64,000 nt of DNA from an uncultured Clostridium sp. (GCA_964621265.1 CAZULQ010000008.1:49-64048), one strand, 5' to 3'; counted from the first letter of the stretch, positions 19,303 to 29,668 are shown. Notes: generated by a model from the letters alone, not told the origin. Numbers and translations: made by a program.

Positions 19303-20331
19303 TTACCCTCTGATTTCACATTGATATTTCGGAATATTTTCATCTCCGATAACCTTTATATCAATATTCATTTCCTTGAAAAATTTCACATTGCTTTTCT
19401 TGTGACCAAGCGCCTTGCTTATGCATGACGGATTAACCGCAATTGTATAGCAGTATGTTTCGCCCTTTGCAATTTTTATGTAGCCAATACCGCTGTTCCA
19501 TTCCAGAACTGCTTTCTGAATCGCCTTGCGGTAAATATCGCTTTCGCAGATTTCTCTGAACGCAGGGTGATAGTAACCGCCTATCATTTCTCCCTCAACG
19601 CCGTCAGAGGCATGAAGTCCGCACTTTATGACCTTAATCCCGTGCTTTTCAAACTTAAGCAGAATTCTTGCACATACTTCAACTGCATGGTCAAACTCCA
19701 TAAGCTCATATTCGCCTGACTTGTAAAGCTCCGCAAGCTTAGTGCCTTCAAGTATAACAACAGGATAAATTCTGACTGTATCAGGACGGATTTTGAGTAT
19801 TCTGTCCCTTGTATCAAGCTCATATTTTTCGCTGCTGCCGTAAAGACCGACCATCATCTGAAGTCCGAGTTCAAAGCCGTATTCACGGATTAAGTCACAC
19901 GCATTGTAAACATCCTCAACGCTGTGGCCTCTTTCATTGAGCTGCAAAACCTTGTTTCTCATGCTCTGTGCGCCAAGCTCAATAGCAGTAACGCCGTAGC
20001 TTTTTAAGATTTCCAGCACTTCCCTGTCAATGAAATCCGGACGTGTTGAAATGCGGATACCAAAAAAGCCGTTTTCGCCGAGATAGCATTTTGCCGCTTC
20101 AAGAAGTGATATCATATAGTCTCTGTCAATTGCTGTAAAGCTTCCGCCGAAAAATGCAATTTCGCAGTTTTTTCTGTCCGGCACTTCCTCAAGTGCCTTC
20201 CTGCAGATTTCATGAACTTCCTCAGCCGTCGGCTGTTTCTGCGCACCGCTTATCGTTTTCTGATTGCAGAAGCTGCACTTGTGAGGGCAGCCTGCATGCG
20301 GTATAAATATTGAAATATTACTATGTTTCAT
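19303..20331 (-). CDS. Elp3-like/YhcC-type radical SAM protein
   Basis: IPHAGCPHKCSFCNQ (CxxxCxxC), AFFGGSFT, ISTRPD, IELGAQS; no acetyltransferase domain. Confidence 0.85.
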   Translation of the reverse strand: MKHSNISIFIPHAGCPHKCSFCNQKTISGAQKQPTAEEVHEICRKALEEVPDRKNCEIAFFGGSFTAIDRDYMISLLEAAKCYLGENGFFGIRISTRPDFIDREVLEILKSYGVTAIELGAQSMRNKVLQLNERGHSVEDVYNACDLIREYGFELGLQMMVGLYGSSEKYELDTRDRILKIRPDTVRIYPVVILEGTKLAELYKSGEYELMEFDHAVEVCARILLKFEKHGIKVIKCGLHASDGVEGEMIGGYYHPAFREICESDIYRKAIQKAVLEWNSGIGYIKIAKGETYCYTIAVNPSCISKALGHKKSNVKFFKEMNIDIKVIGDENIPKYQCEIRG

Positions 20332-21022
20332 AACCCATAAGCTCCAATGCTTCCTTAGCCGCCATCTGTTCGGCTTCCTTTTTGCTTTTTCCGATACCCG
20401 TGCCTATTACATTTGAATTGAGACACACCTGTACCTTAAAAGCCTTATTGTGGTCAGGACCCGACTGTCCCGCTAAGTGATACTCGACCTTTTCCTCAGG
20501 ATTCTTCTGAATGATTTCCTGCAGTACTGTCTTGTAATCATTAAATGCCGAATACTTTCTGCTGTCGATATCTTCAGGGATAAAACGCAGAACATATTCC
20601 GTTGCGGCATTAAGTCCGCCGTCAAGATAAATTGCGGCAATAACCGCCTCGAAAGCGTCAGCCAGGATTGATGGTCTTTCTCTGCCGCCTGTATTTTCCT
20701 CGCCCTTGCCAAGAAGAATAAATTCACCAAGCTGAATCTGCTTTGCGAATTCAAAAAGCGATTTTTCGCATACAAGCGACGCTCTGATTTTAGTAAGTTC
20801 TCCCTCAGGAAGATGTGTGTAATGTAAAAACAGATACTGCGAAACCACAATTGAAAGCACGCTGTCTCCCAGAAATTCCAGTCTCTCATTGCTTCTTCTC
20901 ACCTTTTTCTTTTCATTTGCATAAGAAGAATGAGAAAGAGCTTCTGCAAGCAGCTGTTTGTTTTTGAATGTATATTTAAGATTTTTTTCAAAATCCGCAA
21001 ACTGCTCAAAAAGCTGTTCCAT
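20321..21022 (-). CDS. rnc: Ribonuclease III
   Basis: ALSHSS, NERLEFLGDSVL, ADAFEAVIAAIYLDGG, dsRBD DYKTVLQE...KEAEQ; ATG 21022 preferred, GTG 21034 possible. Confidence 0.98.
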   Translation of the reverse strand: MEQLFEQFADFEKNLKYTFKNKQLLAEALSHSSYANEKKKVRRSNERLEFLGDSVLSIVVSQYLFLHYTHLPEGELTKIRASLVCEKSLFEFAKQIQLGEFILLGKGEENTGGRERPSILADAFEAVIAAIYLDGGLNAATEYVLRFIPEDIDSRKYSAFNDYKTVLQEIIQKNPEEKVEYHLAGQSGPDHNKAFKVQVCLNSNVIGTGIGKSKKEAEQMAAKEALELMGYET

Positions 21023-21039
21023 TGATGTTTTCACCGCCT

Positions 21040-22023
21040 TTATTTTCCGATTGAATTTATAATAGTCTGTGTAACATTTCCGTCAACACATGCCTTAGCC
21101 TGTCTTATTGCATTGAAAAATGCCTTTGCGTCCGAGCTTCCGTGCGCTTTTATAACAGGCTTATTTACGCCAAGCAATACTGCTCCGCCGTATTCCTTAT
21201 AGTCCATTTTCTTTTTGAATGCCTTGATTTTTCCGTATATAAGAAGAGCAGAAAGCTTACCTAAAAAGCCCGAATAGATTCCCTTAAGTTCACCTGCAAA
21301 AAACTTGCCCATTCCTTCATAAAGCTTTAAGACAACGTTTCCTGTAAAGCCGTCTGAAACAGCAACATCAAAATCACCCTTAGGAAGCTCTCTTGCCTCC
21401 AGGTTTCCGCAGAAGTTAAGGCCGGAGTTCCCGAGCAGCTTATAAGCTTCAATTTCAAGGTCTCTTCCCTTTGTTTCTTCAGCTCCGATATTTATGAGTC
21501 CGACTCTCGGCTTTGAAATGCCGACTACCTTTTCCATATAGGCAGACGCCATCATGCCAAACTGCAAAAGCATCTCAGGACGACAGTCGTCATTTGCGCC
21601 GCCGTCAACAAGCATAAACGGACCCTTCGCTGTCGGAAGAATCGGCGCTAAAACCGCACGCTTTATGCCTTTTATTCTCTTGGCGATAAATGTTGCACCG
21701 ACAACCAGTGCACCCGAGCTTCCGGCACTTACAAATGCGTCGCCGTTATCGGCTGCGAGTGCTTTAAGTCCGAGCGCCATTGAACAGTCGTCACGGCTCT
21801 TTAAAATTTCTGTCGGTTTTTCGTGAATATCTATTACAGATTCAGTATGAATTATATCCATACCGTTTATATCAACACCGTTTTCCTGTGCTGATTTTTT
21901 GATTTTATTTTCATCACCTGTAAGGGTGATTTCAACCCCAAGCTTATCTACAGCCTCCCTGCAGCCCTTTATAACCTCAAGAGGTGCGTGGTCTCCGCCG
22001 AATGCATCAACTATAATTTTCAT
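21040..22023 (-). CDS. plsX: Phosphate acyltransferase PlsX
   Basis: VDAFGGDHAP, SAGSSGA, DGGAN, DGFTGN, YGGAVLLGV, KAHGSS. Confidence 0.96.
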   Translation of the reverse strand: MKIIVDAFGGDHAPLEVIKGCREAVDKLGVEITLTGDENKIKKSAQENGVDINGMDIIHTESVIDIHEKPTEILKSRDDCSMALGLKALAADNGDAFVSAGSSGALVVGATFIAKRIKGIKRAVLAPILPTAKGPFMLVDGGANDDCRPEMLLQFGMMASAYMEKVVGISKPRVGLINIGAEETKGRDLEIEAYKLLGNSGLNFCGNLEARELPKGDFDVAVSDGFTGNVVLKLYEGMGKFFAGELKGIYSGFLGKLSALLIYGKIKAFKKKMDYKEYGGAVLLGVNKPVIKAHGSSDAKAFFNAIRQAKACVDGNVTQTIINSIGK

Positions 22024-22044
22024 ATGTTATCAACTCTTTTGTCT

Positions 22045-23343
22045 TTATTTTTTGAGCGTTTCTTTCAAAGCTTCACACGCTCTGTCAGCATAAGCCGTAT
22101 ATTTCAGCTTCTTATCCTTTATTCTGTCAGTAAGATCGGGAAGTATTCCCATATTACAGCCCATAGGCTGAAATTCTCCGCTGCAGCCTCCGCTGATATA
22201 GTGCGTCAGCGCACCAATCATTGTTTCAGGCGGCAGTACAAGCGGTTCTTCACCCTTTATGTGCCTTACAGCATTAATGCCTGCCATAATTCCGCTTGCC
22301 GCGGATTCTATATATCCCTCAACGCCTGTAATCTGTCCCGCAAAGAAAATTCTGCGGTCAGCTTTAAGGCTGTAATCATTGCAAAGAAGCTTCGGACTGT
22401 CAATAAATGAATTTCTGTGCATAACGCCGTATCTTACAAATTCAGCATTTTCAAGTCCCGGAATCATTGAGAATACTCTCTTCTGCTCACCGAATTTAAG
22501 ATTTGTCTGGAATCCCACGAGATTATACATTGTACCCTCAGCATTTTCCTTTCTCAGCTGTATAACAGCATAAGGACGCTTGTCAGTTCTCGGGTCTCTG
22601 ATTCCAACAGGCTTCAAAGGTCCGAAACGCATTGTATCCTCGCCTCTTTTAGCGAGCACCTCAACGGGCATACAGCCTTCATAAACCTTGAAATCCCTCT
22701 TGTCAAACTCCTTGAGCGGTGCGCTCTCAGCAGTAATAAGTGCATTATAGAACGCTAAATATTCTTCCTTGTTCATCGGACAGTTAATATAGTCAGCGTC
22801 ACCTCTGTCATAGCGTGACGCAAAGAAAACCTTTTCCTTGTCCAGACTTTCAAAGGTTACAATCGGAGCCGCAGCGTCAAAAAAGCTTAAATAGTCGCCG
22901 CACTTTTCTCTGATACTCTCAGCAAGACCACCCGATGTAAGCGGTCCTGTTGCAATTATAACAATGCCTTCATCCGGGATTTCAGTTACTTCCTTGTCTA
23001 TAACCGAAATGAGCGGATGTGACATAATCTTTTCTGTTACAGCGTCAGAAAAATTCTCCCTGTCAACAGCAAGAGCTCCGCCTGCCTCAACGGCATTGGC
23101 TTTGGCGCATGGAACTATAACTGAACCGAGCATTTCCATTTCTTCTTTTAATAATCCTGCCGCCGAATCGTGTCTTGCCGCCTTTAAGGAATTTGAACAC
23201 ACAAGCTCAGCTAAACCCTTATAGTGATGCGCAGGGGTATATTTATGAGGCTTCATTTCATAAAGCTCAACTTCAATTCCGGCATTCGCCAGCTGCCATG
23301 CAGCTTCACAGCCTGCTAAACCTCCGCCAATAACCTTAACCAT
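22045..23343 (-). CDS. trmFO: tRNA (uracil-5-)-methyltransferase TrmFO (Gid)
   Basis: IGGGLAGCEAA, ELVCSNS, FFDAAAP, FGPLKPVG, GVMHRN, AGQITGVEGY. Confidence 0.97.
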   Translation of the reverse strand: MVKVIGGGLAGCEAAWQLANAGIEVELYEMKPHKYTPAHHYKGLAELVCSNSLKAARHDSAAGLLKEEMEMLGSVIVPCAKANAVEAGGALAVDRENFSDAVTEKIMSHPLISVIDKEVTEIPDEGIVIIATGPLTSGGLAESIREKCGDYLSFFDAAAPIVTFESLDKEKVFFASRYDRGDADYINCPMNKEEYLAFYNALITAESAPLKEFDKRDFKVYEGCMPVEVLAKRGEDTMRFGPLKPVGIRDPRTDKRPYAVIQLRKENAEGTMYNLVGFQTNLKFGEQKRVFSMIPGLENAEFVRYGVMHRNSFIDSPKLLCNDYSLKADRRIFFAGQITGVEGYIESAASGIMAGINAVRHIKGEEPLVLPPETMIGALTHYISGGCSGEFQPMGCNMGILPDLTDRIKDKKLKYTAYADRACEALKETLKK

Positions 23344-23358
23344 TTATATCTCCATTCA

Positions 23359-25434
23359 TTATAAATTACGTTCATATCCGCAGTCAGGCTTTTCACATAA
23401 AAGCTTTCCTGCCTTGCCGCCCTTTTTAAAGAGCGAGCTTCCGCACTTTGGACACTTATCCTCAACAGGAGCATTCCATGTCATAAAGTTGCAGTTAGGA
23501 TAGTTGTCACAGCCATAGAAGCTTCTGCCCTTCTTTGACTTCTTAAGAATAATCTTCTTTCCGCAAAGAGGACAGCTTCCCTTTGTTTCCTGTACAATCT
23601 TCTTGGTGTTTTTGCACTCAGGAAATCCCGGACATGCAAGGAACTTGCCGAAACGTCCGATTTTAATAACCATGTTCTTGCCGCAAAGCTCACAGACAAC
23701 ATCAGTTTCCTCATCCGGAACCTTGACTCTCTTGCCTTCCATGGTCTTTTCAGCCTTTTCAAGAACCTTTTCAAAGTCCTTGTAGAACACGTCAATATTG
23801 TCAACCCAGTCTTTTTCGCCTCTTTCAACCGCGTCCAGGTCATTTTCCATTCTTGCAGTAAACTTGGCATCAACAATATGCTTGAAGTGGTCCTTCATAA
23901 GGTCAGTTGTAACTTCACCCAGAGCAGTAGGCTTAAGCTGTTTGCCCTCACGCTCAACATAAAGTCTCGATGTAATTGTTGCAATTGTCGGAGCATACGT
24001 ACTAGGTCTTCCGATTCCGTTTTCTTCCATTGTCTTGATGAGTGACGCTTCCGTAAATCTTGCAGGAGGCTGGGTAAAATGCTGATTACCGCCGATTTCC
24101 TTAAGCTTTAAGACATTATCCTTTTCAATCGGAGGAAGCATTTTATTGTTTTCCTCGTCCTCATCCTTCTTTTCTTCGTAAAGCTTTGTAAAGCCGTCAA
24201 ACTTGACAGAATATCCCGAAGCCTTGAATGTACAGCCCTCTGCCTCAATTGTAACAGAAACAGTATCCAGCAGGGCATTTGCCATCTGGCTTGCGATAAA
24301 GCGTTCCCATACAAGCTTGTAAATCTTGAACTGGTCTGTTGAAAGACTGCTCTTTACTCTCTCAGGAGTAAGGTCAGGGATTGAAGGTCTGATAGCTTCG
24401 TGAGCGTCCTGAGCGTTTTTCTTACTCTTGAACACTCTTGGTGACGGAGGTAAATACTCCTCACCGAAAATATTGCAGATACATTCAGCCGCGGCATCTC
24501 TTGCTTCATCAGAAATTCTTAAGCTGTCAGTACGCATATAAGTGATAAGACCAACAGCGCCCATTCCCTCTACTTCAATACCTTCATAGAGCTCCTGTGC
24601 TGCCTTCATTGTACGTTTAGCCTGGAAGCCCAGTCTTCTTGATGCTTCCTGCTGTAAAGTTGATGTAATAAACGGTGGCGCAGGCTGTTTTTTAGTAACT
24701 CTCTTTTTAACCTCAGTTACAACATACTGCGCATTTTCAAGTCTCTTTAAAATATCATCAGTCTGTGTCTGGTTTTCAAGCTCAGCCTTTTTACCGTCAA
24801 TTGTTGCAAGCTTTGCCGCAAACACCTTTCTGCTTGACGGAGCAGTGAATTTAGCGTCAATGCTCCAGTATTCAGTAGGAACAAAATCCTGGATTTCCTT
24901 TTCCCTGTCAACAATCATTCTCACTGCAACAGACTGAACTCTGCCCGCAGAAAGACCACGCTTTACCTTTTTCCAGAGGAAAGGACTCAGCTTATAGCCC
25001 ACAATTCTGTCAAGGATACGTCTTGCCTGCTGTGCATTTACAAGATCAAGATCAATCTTGTGAAGATTATCCATCCCCGCCTTGATACCGGACTTTGTAA
25101 TTTCGTTGAATGTAACTCTGTTGTTTTCCTCAAGATCCATTCCAAGCATCTGTGCTATATGCCATGATATAGCTTCTCCTTCGCGGTCCGGGTCAGTTGC
25201 GAGATATATTTTATCGCTTTTCTTAGCGTATTTTTTCAGTTCCTTAATGACTTCTTCCTTGCCCTTCATATTAATATACTTAGGCTCATAATTATTCTCA
25301 AAGTCAATACCCATTTTTGACTTAGGCAAATCTCTTACATGCCCCATTGAGGCAATTACTTCAAAATCTCCGCCGAGGTATTTCTTTATAGTTTTAGCCT
25401 TGGCAGGAGACTCAACGATAACCAGATCTGACAT
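23359..25434 (-). CDS. topA: DNA topoisomerase I
   Basis: LVIVESPAKAKTI, ATDPDREGEAI, SAGRVQS, LITYMRTDS, GIGRPSTYA, C-terminal Zn fingers. Confidence 0.98.
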   Translation of the reverse strand: MSDLVIVESPAKAKTIKKYLGGDFEVIASMGHVRDLPKSKMGIDFENNYEPKYINMKGKEEVIKELKKYAKKSDKIYLATDPDREGEAISWHIAQMLGMDLEENNRVTFNEITKSGIKAGMDNLHKIDLDLVNAQQARRILDRIVGYKLSPFLWKKVKRGLSAGRVQSVAVRMIVDREKEIQDFVPTEYWSIDAKFTAPSSRKVFAAKLATIDGKKAELENQTQTDDILKRLENAQYVVTEVKKRVTKKQPAPPFITSTLQQEASRRLGFQAKRTMKAAQELYEGIEVEGMGAVGLITYMRTDSLRISDEARDAAAECICNIFGEEYLPPSPRVFKSKKNAQDAHEAIRPSIPDLTPERVKSSLSTDQFKIYKLVWERFIASQMANALLDTVSVTIEAEGCTFKASGYSVKFDGFTKLYEEKKDEDEENNKMLPPIEKDNVLKLKEIGGNQHFTQPPARFTEASLIKTMEENGIGRPSTYAPTIATITSRLYVEREGKQLKPTALGEVTTDLMKDHFKHIVDAKFTARMENDLDAVERGEKDWVDNIDVFYKDFEKVLEKAEKTMEGKRVKVPDEETDVVCELCGKNMVIKIGRFGKFLACPGFPECKNTKKIVQETKGSCPLCGKKIILKKSKKGRSFYGCDNYPNCNFMTWNAPVEDKCPKCGSSLFKKGGKAGKLLCEKPDCGYERNL

Positions 25435-25482
25435 ATCTATATATACTCTTTCTGTTTTATAACAGAAAGAATTCTCCTTTCA

Positions 25483-26736
25483 CTATTTTTTACAAAGCCT
25501 GTATTTTCTGCCTTCACACAGTCTGACAGCGCCCATCATTTCAAGCTCTGTCATAAGAGCAAAAATGCTTATAGGGTCAAGCCCCGAGCGCACAACAATT
25601 TCGTCAAGCATAAGTCCTTCATCGCCCTCAAATACTCCGACAACTGCAAGATGCTCTTCTTCCATTTCTTCAAGTAAGGTTTCCCAGCTGCTCTTTGCTT
25701 CATCAGAAGCCTCAGCTTTGTTTTCGGATTCCTGCACCTGAGGATTTGTTTTCGGCTTTGTATTTGTTTTTCTTCTGACAGTTCTGCTGTCCCTTTTCGG
25801 AATATCCTGTTCCTCATAATTAAGCTCAGGTATTTCAAATTCACTTTTCAGCATTCTGAAATAACTCGATGTATAATAATCATAAAGAATATCCAGATGA
25901 TTAAAAACAGGCACAGCACCGTCACGAAGATATTTTACCACTCCTGAGTACCTTTTGTCAAATATATCTGCCGGAGGAATGCAAAATACCGTTCTTCCCT
26001 GTTCCGTTGCGTGCTCAGCGGTAATAAGCGAACCGCTTCTTTCATCGGCTTCTGTCACAATTGTTCCGAACGTAAGCCCTGAGATAATACGGTTTCTCAC
26101 ATGAAAGCAATGTCTGTCAGGACGTGTTCCCGGGAAAAATTCAGTTATAACAAGTCCTCTTTTTGCGATTACAGCTTTAGCGTCCGCATTTTCGCGCGGA
26201 TAATTCACATCAATTCCGCAGGCAAGCACTGCCACAGTTCTTCCTCCGACCTTCAGCGCACCCTTATGTGCCGCTGAATCAAGTCCCAGAGCAAAACCGC
26301 TTACGATAGTAAACTCTCTTTTTGCAAGCTCAGAACAGATTCTTTCGGTAACATCCTTGCTGTAACCGGAAGGATGTCTTGTACCGACACATGAAACAGC
26401 AGGATATCTGTTGAAGCTTTCGAGGTCACCCATACAAAACAGTACGGCAGGCGGATTATAAATATTCCGAAGCAGAGTAGGATAATTCTCATCCTCAAAG
26501 GTCAGAACATAAAATCCATTTTTCTCACAGTATTCTATAATACTGTCGCACTGTTCTATATGTGTTGTTTTGATTGCACGCTTTTCAGCGTCACTCAGAG
26601 ACGGATGCTCTCCGTCGCAGACTGCTTCATAAGCCTCTTTCACATCACCGAAAGGGCTTATCATCTGCCATATTCTCTCATTACCCGGGCGCAGTGCCAT
26701 AGCAAACCAGACCCAGTAGCGTCTGTTGTCATTCAC
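25483..26736 (-). CDS. dprA: DNA-processing protein DprA
   Basis: YPTLLRNIYNPP, VGTRHPSGY, IVSGFALGLD, RNRIISGL, SGSLITA, C-terminal wHTH. Confidence 0.95.
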   Translation of the reverse strand: MNDNRRYWVWFAMALRPGNERIWQMISPFGDVKEAYEAVCDGEHPSLSDAEKRAIKTTHIEQCDSIIEYCEKNGFYVLTFEDENYPTLLRNIYNPPAVLFCMGDLESFNRYPAVSCVGTRHPSGYSKDVTERICSELAKREFTIVSGFALGLDSAAHKGALKVGGRTVAVLACGIDVNYPRENADAKAVIAKRGLVITEFFPGTRPDRHCFHVRNRIISGLTFGTIVTEADERSGSLITAEHATEQGRTVFCIPPADIFDKRYSGVVKYLRDGAVPVFNHLDILYDYYTSSYFRMLKSEFEIPELNYEEQDIPKRDSRTVRRKTNTKPKTNPQVQESENKAEASDEAKSSWETLLEEMEEEHLAVVGVFEGDEGLMLDEIVVRSGLDPISIFALMTELEMMGAVRLCEGRKYRLCKK

Positions 26737-27538
26737 TTTTCATCAGCTCCCACATAATAATTCCTGCCGCCATTGCAGCATTAAGAGATTCAGTATTTCC
26801 GCTCATTCTGATAGTAATTTTCTCTGAGCATTTTGCGGTTATATCAGCGTCCAGTCCGTTTCCTTCATTACCGATAAACACAGCTCCGCCATCTGAAAAA
26901 TCAGTTGTCTTAACGTCGCAAGCAGACGAGTCTACAACTGCCGCATAGCTTTTCACAGCGGCATTATCAAGCTCAGTAAAAAGCTCATCTTCATTAACAT
27001 CCCTGAAAACCGGTACACGAAACATCGAGCCCATAGTTGCTCTCACAACCTTAGGATTGTATACATCACAGCTTTCACAGAAAATCACGCCATCAAGTCC
27101 CAGCGCATCAGCAGTTCTTATAATCATACCTGCATTGCCGGGGTCCTGAAGCTTGTAAAGAACGGCATATCTTCCCCTGCTTTTAATGTGTCCTGCAACA
27201 GATGTATTATCAGAAAAGGAACATTCCGCAAAAACACCCTGAGTATTTTCCGTTGCGGAAATGTACTTCCCCATATCATCCGAAATAACATTCACCCTGA
27301 TATCAGATGATACTTTTTCTTCAATTATATCACAGTATCTGAGAAGTGCCGACTCAGTAAAATAAATCTGTCTCACTGCCGCCCCGGATTTAAGCGCATC
27401 AAAAACAAGACGACTTCCCTCAAGAACAAAAAGCTTATATCTCATTCGTTCCTTTTTGGAACTCATAAGCTTTCTGAAAAGCTTGATTTTCGGATTATCC
27501 TTAGAACGGATAACCTCTCCGAAATACATATTATCCAC
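26729..27538 (-). CDS. TrmH/SpoU-family RNA methyltransferase
   Basis: LQDPGNAGMIIRTADA, PKVVRATMGS, IGNEGNG, ESLNAAMAAG. Confidence 0.93.
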   Translation of the reverse strand: MDNMYFGEVIRSKDNPKIKLFRKLMSSKKERMRYKLFVLEGSRLVFDALKSGAAVRQIYFTESALLRYCDIIEEKVSSDIRVNVISDDMGKYISATENTQGVFAECSFSDNTSVAGHIKSRGRYAVLYKLQDPGNAGMIIRTADALGLDGVIFCESCDVYNPKVVRATMGSMFRVPVFRDVNEDELFTELDNAAVKSYAAVVDSSACDVKTTDFSDGGAVFIGNEGNGLDADITAKCSEKITIRMSGNTESLNAAMAAGIIMWELMKSE

Positions 27539-27591
27539 CTTATCGACCCTCCTGTTTTACTGTTGTCTGCAAACATTCGCCGTTTAAACGA

Positions 27592-27625
27592 AAACACGCT
27601 CTATTTGCAGAAAAAGAGCGTGTTT
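27592..27625 (-). terminator. Intrinsic terminator after rplT
   Basis: AAACACGCTCT...AGAGCGTGTTT inverted repeat with T-tract on the minus strand. Confidence 0.75.
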
Positions 27626-27634
27626 ATCTTCAAA

Positions 27635-27988
27635 TTAAAGGGCAGCCTTAGCCTTTTCTACAATAGCTGTAAAGCCTGCCGGATCATTAATAGCAATTTC
27701 TGAAAGCATCTTGCGGTTCAGAGTGATTCCGGACTTCTTAATGCCGTTCATGAATGTTGAATAATTCATGCCATTAAGCTTACAAGCAGCGCTGATTCTT
27801 GTGATCCAGAGCTGTCTGAAATCTCTCTTCTTCTTCTTACGTCCAGCGTATGCATAATTGCCTGATTTCATTACGGCCTGTTTAGCCATCTTGAAATGCT
27901 TGCTCTTAGCGCCCCAGTAGCCCTTAGCAAGCTTGAGAGTTTTATTTCTTCTCTTGCGAGTCATCATCGCACCCTTAACACGTGCCAT
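27635..27988 (-). CDS. rplT: 50S ribosomal protein L20
   Basis: [38 protein letters not shown]. Confidence 0.99.
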   Translation of the reverse strand: MARVKGAMMTRKRRNKTLKLAKGYWGAKSKHFKMAKQAVMKSGNYAYAGRKKKKRDFRQLWITRISAACKLNGMNYSTFMNGIKKSGITLNRKMLSEIAINDPAGFTAIVEKAKAAL

Positions 27989-28016
27989 AGTCTTATACCT
28001 CCGTTATTTTCTTGAA

Positions 28017-28220
28017 TTACATATAAGGAACTAACTTCTTGATTACAGGAGCATTAGCTTCGCTTGCTACACCTGCACAACGAGCAATTCTCTTTCTCTT
28101 TGTGTCCTTCTGAGTAAGTCTATGTCTTTTGTTTGTGTGCTGATATTTAACCTTGCCGTTTTTAGTCAGCTTAAAACGCTTTTTTGCGCCTGAATGAGTT
28201 TTAACCTTTACCTTTGCCAT
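28017..28220 (-). CDS. rpmI: 50S ribosomal protein L35
   Basis: KVKTHSGAKKRFKLT; infC-rpmI-rplT order. Confidence 0.97.
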   Translation of the reverse strand: MAKVKVKTHSGAKKRFKLTKNGKVKYQHTNKRHRLTQKDTKRKRIARCAGVASEANAPVIKKLVPYM

Positions 28221-28234
28221 AACAAGTTCCTCCT

Positions 28235-28756
28235 TTATTTAGTCGATGCTTTTGGTGACATGAACATAACAATACTGCGACCTTCCATCTTGGCAGGCTT
28301 ATCAACAACTCCTGCTTCTGCGCATGCCTCCTTGAATTTTTCAAGCAGTTCTTCACCAAGCTGCGGATGTGCAATCGCACGCTTACGGAATCTTACGGAA
28401 ATCTTTATCTTATCTCCGTTCTTCAGGAATTTTAAAGCCTGATTAACCTTTGTATTAAAATCGTGTGTATCAATTGCGGAAAACATTCTGATTTCCTTGA
28501 TTTCAACAACCTTCTGATTTTTTCTTGCTTCCTTTTCCTTTTTAGCCTGTTCAAAACAGAATTTACCGTAATCGAGAATTCTGCATACAGGCGGCTTTGC
28601 ATTAGGAGCAATCTTTACAAGGTCAAGATCCTTATCATAAGCCATTTTCTGAGCTTCTTTGGCAGAAACAACGCCGAGCTTTGTACCGTCAACGTCAATC
28701 AGTAATATTTCCTTATCTCTGATTTCGTCGTTGATCTGATGTTCCTGTTTGCTAAT
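28235..28756 (-). CDS. infC: Translation initiation factor IF-3 (probable ATT start)
   Basis: QINDEIR, DLVKIAPNAKPPVCRILDYGKF, KIS(V)RFR; GGAGG lies 9 nt before ATT (28756) but only 3 nt before TTG (28762). Confidence 0.97.
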   Translation of the reverse strand: MSKQEHQINDEIRDKEILLIDVDGTKLGVVSAKEAQKMAYDKDLDLVKIAPNAKPPVCRILDYGKFCFEQAKKEKEARKNQKVVEIKEIRMFSAIDTHDFNTKVNQALKFLKNGDKIKISVRFRKRAIAHPQLGEELLEKFKEACAEAGVVDKPAKMEGRSIVMFMSPKASTK

Positions 28757-28805
28757 AGTCAAGCACCTCCAAGCATTAATTGGGCGTAAAAATTATCGCC
28801 ATAAT

Positions 28806-28935
28806 AAAAATGAGCGCAGATATATAATCAGCACTCAATAATAAACATGTAAGTTTTTAACACTAACATTTCATATTGACCATATCATAGCTTTGCGCCG
28901 TATGGTGAGAACTGATATTCTGCTTTGTTTTTACT
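28806..28935 (-). ncRNA. L20 leader (autoregulatory attenuator of infC-rpmI-rplT)
   Basis: AAGCAGAATATCAGTTCTCACC 5' motif like Firmicute L20 leaders; ends in TGAGTGC...GCGCTCA-TTTTT terminator. Confidence 0.75.
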
Positions 28936-28940
28936 AATCA

Positions 28941-28969
28941 ATTATATACCATATTTCATCCCGTGTCAA
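28941..28969 (-). promoter_or_regulatory. SigA promoter of infC operon
   Basis: TTGACA-17 nt-TATAAT. Confidence 0.88.
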
Positions 28970-28987
28970 GTGTTTTTTCAAAAAAAA

Positions 28988-29608
28988 TCAGAAAAAAGAG
29001 AAAAATTTATTTTTTATTCCCCTAAGCACTTCAACACATTTGAATTTAACCTCATATTCTTCCGGATTTTTCATTACATCAAGCTCGTCCTCGGAAAAAT
29101 ACTCATAAGCCGCTTTTTTGTCAGTTTCCACTTCCTCCGCTGCCGGTATACAAAGCGGAGGATACATGACACACCACCAGTTTTTCCCCTGCGCTTCACC
29201 GATTGTAACCCTCAGCGCCTCATATTCCCCTGCCGGCATTGTTATATCTTCATAGACACGATTGTCAAACTCCATGCTGACAACCTCGCTCTTAGCACCA
29301 TAGTCAAACCCATTTTCCTCAATAACGTCAAGTACTATATCATTAATGTAGTCAAGGTTCTGCTCTGCCACATTCTCCATTTCTTCAAGCGTATCACATC
29401 CGCCGAAAATTTCTTCTGAGTGCTCAAGAAGCTCGTCCCTCACCTTCAGCTTGAGATTCTGGTCTTCTTCGCTGTCCGAATTTGCAAGTATGTGCATTCT
29501 CAGAACGTTTTCCTCAAGTCCCGAAAGAGTATTCTCAAAGCCTGCCAGATTTGAAAAGAATATAGCCGAAACAAGTCCGCCAAATAAAATAATGTCTGTT
29601 TTTTTCAT
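28988..29608 (-). CDS. spoIIR: Stage II sporulation protein R
   Basis: VLRMHILANSDSEEDQNLKLKVRD, MPAGEYEALRVTIGEAQGKNWWCVMYPPLC; start refined to ATG 29608. Confidence 0.95.
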   Translation of the reverse strand: MKKTDIILFGGLVSAIFFSNLAGFENTLSGLEENVLRMHILANSDSEEDQNLKLKVRDELLEHSEEIFGGCDTLEEMENVAEQNLDYINDIVLDVIEENGFDYGAKSEVVSMEFDNRVYEDITMPAGEYEALRVTIGEAQGKNWWCVMYPPLCIPAAEEVETDKKAAYEYFSEDELDVMKNPEEYEVKFKCVEVLRGIKNKFFSFF

Positions 29609-29668
29609 GTCAATCACCTCGGTTAAAGAATTGTCCTGTAAAACAGACATTATTCATTTTCTTAAAAA

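Noticed and set aside
28925-29419. 164-aa plus-strand ORF
   Set aside because: Antisense to spoIIR and the infC promoter, no SD, no protein-like composition
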